A stretch of DNA of 64,000 nt, taken from positions 209,925 through 273,924 of the forward strand of contig NIVC01001525.1 of NCBI GenBank assembly GCA_002269645.1. Reading direction: 5' to 3'. Under the pieces are notes generated by a model. That model saw only the letters and a program-made list of their open reading frames with translations, ran no database searches and had not been told where the DNA came from. Shown in pieces: positions 12,140-21,252 of this stretch (within the stretch, counting starts at the first letter, position 1; every line of letters begins with the position of its first letter). A program made the translations under genes and the position numbers. This stretch comes from Macrostomum lignano (Eukaryota).

Positions 12140-12940
12140 TTAAAGTAAAATTCTTTTCTCCTTATTAATCATGACAAACTGATAGGGTTGGTTCCACTTT
12201 TCATAGCATATGTTAACAAATTCCTCCTGTGATATTGTTCTGTTAGAGTTCTTAGCTGGATATGTAATGTGAGCTGGGGCAATGACCTCATTATAAAATC
12301 GTTTCAGTCGATCTTGTGGTATGGTTGGGAAAAGGAGAATCAAATTACAGTTACCTCTAATTGTTTTATTCGGCAGTTCAAACCAGTTTTGGGCAATGTA
12401 AATAACATTGCAATTATTATGTCTACCCCGGGTGAAATAATTTTCTATCTGTTTCTGGGGACCGGTCATGCAGTCATCAAAGACAATCAGGTGCTTTCTC
12501 CCCTTTTCTAGTTCATCAGGTTGAGGTAAGAGTTTAGTTTTAGGATCTATCTGTGGATCTCCATAAGTGAAAACTTTAATGTTTTGCCATTTTTCATTGT
12601 CTGGGATGTGCTTTGCGTATTCAGTGGCTACAACTTCCGGGTTGCTGTTGAGGTCTTTTTGATGTCTAAAACATTGAATAATATCTTCCTTGTTGAGTTT
12701 GTTCTGTAGGCCCGCTACTAGCATTTTATACTCATCTTGATACAGAGTGGGTGAATAGATATGTAGTGTGTCATAATCGAGGAATCCAGGTCTGAGGAGC
12801 ATGTTAAAAACTCTGAAGGTTTTCCCTGACCCAGATGAGCCAACAACAATGCATCGGAAGTGCCCTGGAATTATCTCGTTGTGAGCAAATTTTATCTGAT
12901 TGCGTGTCCAGTGGGGACGAAAGTCGTTTGTGAAGTCCAT
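12140..12940 (-). CDS. A32-like genome-packaging ATPase
   Basis: Walker A GSSGSGKT, Walker B LIVFDD and the FTRGRH...IAQ motif. Confidence 0.95.
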   Translation of the reverse strand: MDFTNDFRPHWTRNQIKFAHNEIIPGHFRCIVVGSSGSGKTFRVFNMLLRPGFLDYDTLHIYSPTLYQDEYKMLVAGLQNKLNKEDIIQCFRHQKDLNSNPEVVATEYAKHIPDNEKWQNIKVFTYGDPQIDPKTKLLPQPDELEKGRKHLIVFDDCMTGPQKQIENYFTRGRHNNCNVIYIAQNWFELPNKTIRGNCNLILLFPTIPQDRLKRFYNEVIAPAHITYPAKNSNRTISQEEFVNICYEKWNQPYQFVMINKEKRILL

Positions 12941-12992
12941 TTTTTTATGTAAAAAAACTTTTTCTTTTTAAACTTGTGTATTTAAGACGCGT

Positions 12993-14078
12993 GTGTCTTT
13001 TTTCGGGTTGTGTGTGTCTTTTTTTCGGGATGCGGCTCGTGCTAACGTTGACAAGCATGATGCGGATGTGGCTCTGATCAGTAACTTTTGGGCGTACATG
13101 TTCAAGGAGTTTAGTGTATCGAATGGGAGCACTGAGTTGGAGCGAATCGCCAACTTTGGAATTGTCTATGACGCTCATTGTTTGATCGAGAATCCTGATT
13201 TTATTCAGTTGGGAAGTGGTGCGGGTTTTATTGCAGATGAAAAAGAAGGAGACATCAATGACAGTGGCTATAAAAATAGGAAGAAGAGATACAACTATGC
13301 ATTGCAAGGTGCTGATGATGCTGCTAAGAACCCGCAGTATCGGTCTGTTGATGTATTTGTACCACTGAGATTCATGAGTGGATTCTGTAATACATTTAAT
13401 CGACTGACTAGTAACTTTAGCTACACATTTAGACTGACTAGAGATGATCGCAGTAGAGTGTTGTGGACTGGGGCGGACCACACTGGGATGGCTGTGAAGC
13501 TAACCGGAATCGAGCTGTATTTGGAAGTCATTGAGCCAAAGACCGCACTAAAAGCAGACTATCTTAAGGCAATAGAGAAGGACATTGATGTTGCATACAC
13601 GGCCTACATGTGTCGAGATGAGCGAAACGAAACTAGAACAAACATCTGCATCAAAGAGGGATCATGCAGCAATCCAAGGTATATCATTATTAACATGAGA
13701 AACCCAAATAGCATTATACGCTACATGCATGGAGACGTGCGGTCCATTCAGCATGAAATCAGTGATAATCTTTACCCTGCACTGCCACAAAATGGAGATT
13801 TCAGTCAGAACAAGATTAGCAAATTTTACAACGAGTTGGTCGACTTGGCTGTGAAAGAGAACAATGGAATTGCTATCACTGCTCTTCAATATGGAACTCT
13901 ATATCCAATGTTTGGAGCTGATGTGTCTGCCAGACAAATGCCTACTGATAACAGCCCTGTGAATATCGTGACTAACATTGAGAGGACTACCGCAACACCC
14001 GTGGACTTGTACATTATCTATGCATTTGAGAGGAAGGTGAAGCTTAACATGATCAACAATTCATCCAGTAAAGTTTAA
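12993..14078 (+). CDS. Major capsid protein (double jelly-roll); N-terminus probably lost
   Basis: NFWAYMF..F, FVPLRFMSGFC and LYPMFGADVS-type motifs; divergent from the ATPase and upstream of the penton; no A-run ATG start. Confidence 0.8.
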   Translation: MSFFGLCVSFFRDAARANVDKHDADVALISNFWAYMFKEFSVSNGSTELERIANFGIVYDAHCLIENPDFIQLGSGAGFIADEKEGDINDSGYKNRKKRYNYALQGADDAAKNPQYRSVDVFVPLRFMSGFCNTFNRLTSNFSYTFRLTRDDRSRVLWTGADHTGMAVKLTGIELYLEVIEPKTALKADYLKAIEKDIDVAYTAYMCRDERNETRTNICIKEGSCSNPRYIIINMRNPNSIIRYMHGDVRSIQHEISDNLYPALPQNGDFSQNKISKFYNELVDLAVKENNGIAITALQYGTLYPMFGADVSARQMPTDNSPVNIVTNIERTTATPVDLYIIYAFERKVKLNMINNSSSKV

Positions 14079-14101
14079 ATATTTTTTTGTGGGTGAAAAA
14101 A

Positions 14102-14953
14102 ATGGAAGCCATAGCCGAAAGACTAAACAACATTGTTTCACACTCCAAGGAGAGCATTCCTATTACAATAACTGGGCGAATTAATGACTCAAACGGGATG
14201 TTTGTTGAAATCCAGGATTTGGATCCAGGCGCTAATTACCATGTCTATCTTAACGACTTCACTGGTTGGTCAAACGTTCCCAATGTGATGGCAGCAAATA
14301 ATAAGTTTTATTACAAATGGAAAGGTGCAGCAGCAGACCCTGTGGTATTCCATGTGAGCACGCAAAGTGTGGATACCTACAATAACTTTCTAGAAAATGT
14401 CTTTACTAAGAGAGGCCATTTTGAGACACCTGATGCGAGTAAGCCAGAGAAGAAACTGTTCCCTGTCAAACTAACCTATGATCTCACTGTAATGAGAGTG
14501 GTCATGCAAGTTCACAAAGATGCGGAGGTTGAGTTTAAAGATGACACTTGGTATAGGGAACTGGGATTCGAGAAGAAAGTTTATAAGGCAGAATCCGCGG
14601 CGCGGACCGCCACTCAAGCATCGGGGACCGTTAAAATGGTCCGGGAAAGTGTAAGCGGTTTGTTCTTAGCACCCAATATTGCAGACATTGTAAAGGGTTT
14701 GAATATTCTAATCAGAAGCAATCTCAGTCTTGATTGGGTATTTAAGGGAAAGCGAACGAATATTTTGTACAACATCTCCAACTCTGTTGCTGGAGGACAG
14801 ATGGTGGTAGAGAAACCAAATCCAGTGAAAAGAGTTGTATTGAGTAATAAGGAGATTCACGAGATTGTGCTACAGTTTGAGACTGAAGATGGGGTGGGTG
14901 TTGATTTCAACGGTGAAGAGTTTGTGTTGACGTTGATCATTGAGAGAATGTGA
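14102..14953 (+). CDS. Minor capsid (penton) protein
   Basis: C-terminal ILYNI...GGQMVVEKPNP...EIVLQFETEDGVGVDFNGEEFVLTLII pattern typical of Polinton pentons. Confidence 0.85.
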   Translation: MEAIAERLNNIVSHSKESIPITITGRINDSNGMFVEIQDLDPGANYHVYLNDFTGWSNVPNVMAANNKFYYKWKGAAADPVVFHVSTQSVDTYNNFLENVFTKRGHFETPDASKPEKKLFPVKLTYDLTVMRVVMQVHKDAEVEFKDDTWYRELGFEKKVYKAESAARTATQASGTVKMVRESVSGLFLAPNIADIVKGLNILIRSNLSLDWVFKGKRTNILYNISNSVAGGQMVVEKPNPVKRVVLSNKEIHEIVLQFETEDGVGVDFNGEEFVLTLIIERM

Positions 14954-15574
14954 GAAAATGTGTTCCCTTTTAAGTACGCTTGCCGAGAATAGAGTGGTAT
15001 GAAAAAATGCGCGCATGTGTACTCAAAATCTCTTACCCCATTCTGACAGTTTGTGGGCGTGGGCGTCGCGTGTGTGGGGGAGAGGGGAGTGTATGTGTGT
15101 GGGCGCAGCGCGCGTTGGGGAGAGAGATTTTCACTTTAACTGAGCCCAGCCGAGGAAGAATTTCCTTGATTGATATTGGCCTTCGCTTCTCTTCTCTCCA
15201 CACAAGTGTACAGTCTTGAGCACACTGGTTTCGGCTACAATTTCTCTTTCCACCATGCCCTTCTCCTTCATACTCCTCACCTCGCGCTATGCTCTGTGTA
15301 CAGAGAAGTCTCACGCCTCATGCTCTATCGTACACTGAGCTATATCGATTGTTTTTCCCTGCTTGACTCCAAGATTGTACAGTCTAGAATTTTCTGGAAT
15401 TTTCTAGCTGTATAGCTGTATTTAAGCAAATGCAGAAACACTCGGGTTGATTCTCCCCGCATATGCCATCAACTGCGACTGAGAAACGACGACTGCAGGA
15501 ACTTAAGCACGCTGAAAGTGATCTAAGAAATAGTCCGCCAAACTAGAAGATTAGAAGACAAGAAGATTTAGAAA

Positions 15575-16252
15575 ATGGAAGTCGAGTGGAAGCTTCATTT
15601 GACAGATAAGCAAGGCCTTTGTGCCATGCTACAAAGAGTTTTACAGGATATTCCGTCACATCTACAAGCAAGAAGAAGAGAGGAACTAACCACCTTTTTC
15701 GGTCTAGAAACTGGCGACCTACCAATCGAGTTTTTCGCCATGGCCCCTGATGATATCGCCGCAGCGAATGAAGCGCAAAATGTGAGTAGCGAAGAGAAGA
15801 AGGCGGCGGCTCTGCAGAAGAAGATGGCGGATCTGCAGATATTCAGGGAGAAGTTGTACGCATCCCGCGTAACACTAGCTGATCAGCTGATGGACGCTGT
15901 TGATCACCAGCTTCCATCTGGCGAGCAGAACATCATCACTAGGGTGAAGGCGGCTCTAGCAAAATACAAGAAGACTCAAATTGGAGGTCTACATTGGATT
16001 CTCGAAGTTGGGCGGCTGCTAAAAACTTATCGCAACGAGAACTTTGGACAAGATGTTAAAGTGCGGTTCGCCCATTTGTGTAAAAATGTAAACATCCAGG
16101 AATCAACTGGCTATTTGTACATTCGTCTGTACAAACTGTCTGTTACCCACCCAGGCTTGAGACAGGTGTCAATGCCAATTAGGGAACTAAACTCTAAGAT
16201 GAAGTTTCTAGAAGAAATTTTGGCCAGTGATCCTGCGTGGAAAGTTGTGTAA
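15575..16252 (+). CDS. Polinton accessory ORF, 225 aa, helical
   Basis: Intact ORF with coding-like composition; no motif confidently recognised. Confidence 0.6.
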   Translation: MEVEWKLHLTDKQGLCAMLQRVLQDIPSHLQARRREELTTFFGLETGDLPIEFFAMAPDDIAAANEAQNVSSEEKKAAALQKKMADLQIFREKLYASRVTLADQLMDAVDHQLPSGEQNIITRVKAALAKYKKTQIGGLHWILEVGRLLKTYRNENFGQDVKVRFAHLCKNVNIQESTGYLYIRLYKLSVTHPGLRQVSMPIRELNSKMKFLEEILASDPAWKVV

Positions 16253-16269
16253 TTTTTAAATTCAGTTCA

Positions 16270-16865
16270 TTTAGAATTTTTCTAACGCGTTAGAATTTCA
16301 AAGAGAAGATTCAACAACTGGAGACAGCCGATTGGTTAAGTAGAGGAGGGTAGCAATTTTCTCAGTACTGTGTGCAACTCAGTCGGTGGGTTTTAAATTC
16401 TAAAGCTGTTAGAAATTTCTATGTGAAAAGTTTCCCGCAAGATAAGCTTGGGCACACCAAATTTTCACATAGAAAATTCTAACGCGTTAGAGAATCTAGC
16501 TGCTGGCTCAAAGGAACGCTAGGCTGGCTCTGTATGGTTAAATAGAGGGGGGGTAGAAATTTTCTAACGCCGTTAGAATTTTCTATGTGAAAAGCTTCCC
16601 GCATGATAAGCTTGGCACACCAAATTTTCACATAGAAAATTCTAACGCGTTAGAGAATCTAGCTGCTGGCTCAAAGGAACGCTAGGCTGGCTCTGTATGG
16701 TTAAATAGAGGGGGGTAGAAATTTTCTAACGCCGTTAGAATTTTCTATGTGAAAAGCTTCCCGCATGATAAGCTTGGCACACCAAATTTTCACATAGAAA
16801 ATTCTAACGGCGTTAGAGAATCTAGCTGCTGGCTCAAAGGAACGCTAGGCTGGCTCTGTATGTTG
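16270..16865. repeat. 162-163-bp tandem repeat with internal palindromes
   Basis: Unit marker ATTTTCACATAGAAAATTCTAACG recurs at 16461, 16624 and 16786; degenerate copies upstream. Confidence 0.9.
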
Positions 16866-17032
16866 TTGAAGAATTCTAACTCAGATCCTACATAGTGTCT
16901 GTTTTTTCTACCATTTTTGATAATCTTGTAATAGTTGATACATATCCTATCAGCTGTGCAACCGTTAATAAATATATAATTCTTACTAATGAATGATAAA
17001 ATTATTTACATTTTTTCAATGGGTAAGGACCT

Positions 17033-17375
17033 TGCGCTGATGATTTAAAGTCTTAGGGATCTGGTAGCACGTTGTGGATTGAATGTGGGGAGAAGAATGC
17101 AGATTTTTTTCTGATTGTTTCGAAGATGCTATGGGTGGATTTGGAGCTGTTATGCTCAGAGCATAAACCCTCAGAGCATAACAGTAGGACACCTGTTATG
17201 CTCTGATTCTGTCAGGGATAATATGGATGGATTTAATGGGATTATGGAGGACGTTTTGTGAGCGAGTGCGACCCCCCTTTTTTTCTGATTCTGTCAGGGA
17301 TAATATGGATGGATTTAATGGGATTATGGAGGACGTGAAAAATTTTGTCCCAGAAGCCCCCTCATGCCTTCTACT
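17033..17375 (-). repeat. Right terminal inverted repeat (343 bp, includes a 53-bp internal duplication plus a 29-bp spacer)
   Basis: Direct repeats at 17202-17254 and 17284-17336; the left TIR has only one copy. Confidence 0.93.
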
Positions 17376-17396
17376 AAAACAAAAACGAAATAAAAT

Positions 17397-20300
17397 ATGA
17401 GCCTACTGCAATCTTTAGATATTCGGCAAAGCGTGCTCGCCCTGTGCGATATTCTCGGATCTTCTCAGTCAAAGCGTAACAAAATAGCCAGACCTGTCGA
17501 GGCGTGCCCAATTCTGAGACTCACACCGCCAACGACTTCCGACAGCCAAGACGCCAACTGTGAGATCTTGATTGCCAGTCTGGAAGCTGAGGATTCTGAA
17601 GACACGACCGGATCGAATCAAACTCCATATGCCGTGGTGTCTTCATTGCACTCGGTAAAAGTCACCTTCACGGGCTTACCGAATTTAAGCGAGCGATTCA
17701 GTGCAACTTTTCCCCCAGTGCTCAGTGATCTGTGCAGACTTGTATCGCAACTGATTAAAGTGACTGGAGTCCAGCAGCTCAGGATTCAAGTCGATCCAAG
17801 CACTGCTGACCGAATACTCAAATCATCAGTCCAACCGCAGCTGCTTGATGACGTTTCAATCAGGCATTTCCTGTCATCCGCTTTTGTGTTCTGCCATCTA
17901 CTGAGGGTCCTGGGAGAAACCCGTCTCGAGTCACTTTTGAACCTGAATGCTGGCGATGCGCTGGTGACGATCGGAGATCAGCCCCAATGCTCGATGAGAG
18001 TCGCTGTGAGTTCCTGCTTAAACGGAGAAGATGGAGCAGTCAATGAAGAGTTGGAGCATTGCATCGCTGAGAGCTCAAAGCGTTCTACGCCAGTTTATCT
18101 GTGCATTCTGTTCAACGAGATCAGGACCTGCAAATGGTACCTGAGGACCAGAAAAGAAGTTGAATGTCAACGTAAGCGGTTGCCCAACCATGACGTGACT
18201 CGAATTCGAGTGGAATCGGATTCTGGCCTGAAAATCCGAGTTATTCTATTCGATGTTCAACAAGGAGAATGCTATCAGGACACAGGAGCTCTGCCAGCGG
18301 AACAGGTACTAAGCGAGTTCAGCGATGACCAGTTTCTGTGTGCTGCGGTTTCCAAGTGTGAGCAGCTGGCTCAGGAGCACTCGTTTCAGCTGGAGTGCTT
18401 CACGGTGCCCTGCCGAAACACCGCTCACATGCTGCAGGCAGCAGCAAAAGTGTAAGACAGTTTTAAAAGTGCGCAATGTCAGTTTATGTTAGTGGTGACA
18501 AAATGAACTTATATGGAATTTGCGTCACATTTCAGAGCTCAGGAAGCCCAAAAGCAGAGTGCTGAGGCAGCATCGCCAGCACATGTAAGTGGTCACAGAA
18601 CAGCACAATGCTGTTGCATGTAATTGTCATGAGGGGCTTTCAGGACGCAATTTTCAACTTTCCAGAAGTGGGAGGTCGATTTGAGAAAGTCCTCCAGCTA
18701 GGTACCCTTAAATGTTACGGTACGGTGTAATCTACCAATAATCTACTTGTACAAGAAATACACAATAAAATATCTTTCTGAACGCTTGCAAGAAAACAGT
18801 AGCAGAATCAATTTTTTACGAGTAACTCAAGCAAATTTATTTAAATTCCTAATTTACTGTCATAATCATTACAATTACTGTATGCTTTGAAACTACATCT
18901 ACTCGAACGTACGGTAGGTACCCTTCTGACGTCTCCCTCTAATCGAGCTGAGTCGGCGTCAGGACACACGGACTCTCTTTCCCCTCTATGCAACCGAAAG
19001 AAAGAAGGCAGAGTGCGCACTTACTCAGCTGGCGGCTGTCGCTTAGGGATGGTGCAGTAGGTGGCCTTTTTGGTATATTTCCTTTTCAGGTAGTACGACC
19101 GTAACTTCGGCTGTACTAGGTATAGCGCTGACGGAATGCAGGGTTCTAAGAGAGGGGGTAGCCGGGCCACGCACCGCTCCAACCCGCCGCGAGCGATGCT
19201 AAATAGCACACGCCCACGGAGGGGGGAGGGCCACGCGCTCTCCACCCCACTACCCACTACCCCACCAACCCCGCAGTCACCCCCCCCCGGGGACGGCAGC
19301 ACCAAGCCCGCCGCCGGCTCAGCCAATCACTACACGACTGGGCTGGCCGCGACCAATCGCACGCGAGGCGAGCGAACAAATACCAAAAGACCAAACCGAC
19401 TTCAGCCTCTAACTGCGGCATACGCAAGGGGGGGGATAACAAAAAATAGTTGAGGGGTGACTCAGCCCGCTGGGAGGCTAGGTGCACTGGCACTGTGAAA
19501 GTGCACAGCGCAACATCTACGAGTAGTAAGCTTCGAGCGCCTGATAAATGTATTCGGTGCGATAATTTCCCGAACTCTTGCATGACTGGGTGCATGCCTT
19601 CTTACAAAGATACCTAAATTTTAAATAAGGCTCATGCTGTTTACAATAGAAGCCTGGATAGACGACAGGAAATATTTTTGTTCCTATTTTTTGTAATGTT
19701 GTTCTCAAAGTGATTCATTGATACGCGCGTAGATTAAGTAAGTAAGCATACAAAATTACGAGCTATGAAGTTAGAAGATATTCAAAGTAAGTCGGCCCAT
19801 CATTCTTTATTTTAATAGGAACATTACAGATTCTGTCCTGTCCTGAAACTCCCTCATGAAAACTAATATTAATAAAAATTTTGCCATACAGCCAGTTAAG
19901 ATAATAACATTAATTTGATAAAAATATGGTACACAATAATCTTTGCAGACTCCCGGAGCTCCACATTAATATTAAGGTTAATTTCCACACGAGGCCAGAA
20001 CTCTTGCATATAGCTCGAATTTTAAATGAGGCTCGTGCTGAAAACTGCTAGCCATAATAATTTTACCATAGCCAGTTAAAGTACAAAAATTTGATATAAA
20101 TATGCTTCACAATAAACTTTACAGACTCCCGGAGCTCTGCATCATCTCGCAGCCACCGGAGATGCATCACTGCTCGCTCAAATCCTTGAAGCCGATCCGT
20201 CAGTACTGCAAGACCCACACAAATCGTTTCCTCATCGCACGGCCCTTCTCTGTGCCGCAGCAGCCTCAGTCGCGGACTTCTCTCAAGGCTCCGAGGCTCA

Positions 20301-21193
20301 TGCCGAGTGTTTCGAAATCCTCATCAGCAGAGGAGCTGATCCGCAAGCTGCGGACAGCCGGAAGCACTCTGTCTGGCACTGCGCCATACTCTCACACAAC
20401 ATTCCTCTGCTAAACACTTTGCTGGCGAACCACAGGGCAGACATCAACAGCGCAGATGGAAGCTGCAAGACGCCGTTGCTGCTGGCAGTAGAAGAGGAGA
20501 ATGCTCCGGTAGCAGAGATGTTGTTGGACAACGGGGCCAACTCTCAGCTCACTGACAAGGCCGGTCAGTCTGCCCTGACCATGGCTGTTTCTGCTGGAAA
20601 CCTGGAGCTGGTGAAGACTGTTCTGAAGCATGAGCCGGAGATTCTGCGTGACAGCGGTGCTGAGAAATACGCCAGCATCTACTGGTCTGCGTGGAAGCAG
20701 GGCTACGAAGACATCTGCTTGCATCTTCTGCAGTGAGTAGAAATACCTGAAATAATCAGGCATAATAGTAAGACAAAACTCAATATTATTTGCGACGCGT
20801 TTCGGCTAAAACTAGCCATCTTCAGGCACTATCGAACAGAATTTATTTCAACTTATTAAATACTGTGTAGACGACAAAATCAGGTATTGAAAAGATATAA
20901 AAGGACTAAAGGATCAATGTACAGTATAGCAATTTTCATAATATTTGTTTGTGGAAACACGAAACTCTCCGATTCAGGAACATTTGCTGCAATGCCATGG
21001 TTGTTGTGATGAGCCAGACATAACCTCTCATTTCAAGGTCATAGACAACAGCAAAAATGAGCATAAACTTAACATTCTTGAAGCTCTGCACATTAAGTTA
21101 CACAAACCCATTCTCAATGTCCAACTATCTGGAGGAGGTGCGAGTGAACGGCTGTTGGTGTTCTAAGCTAGAGTACATTTGGGGCGCATACGC

Positions 21194-21252
<59 letters not shown>

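Larger units (their letters stand above)
3333..17375 (+). mobile_element. Full-length Polinton/Maverick (adintovirus-type endogenous virus), 14,043 bp
   Basis: AGTAG...CTACT ends, long TIRs, 6-bp TSD AAAACA (3327-3332 and 17376-17381), empty site near 41614, and the hallmark gene set (RVE integrase, pPolB, adenain protease, A32 ATPase, major and minor capsid). Confidence 0.97.

Noticed and set aside
17397-18455. Stand-alone 352-aa intronless gene
   Set aside because: The TAA overlaps a GTAAGA donor conserved in both copies and is followed by an in-phase exon, so it is better explained as exon 1.
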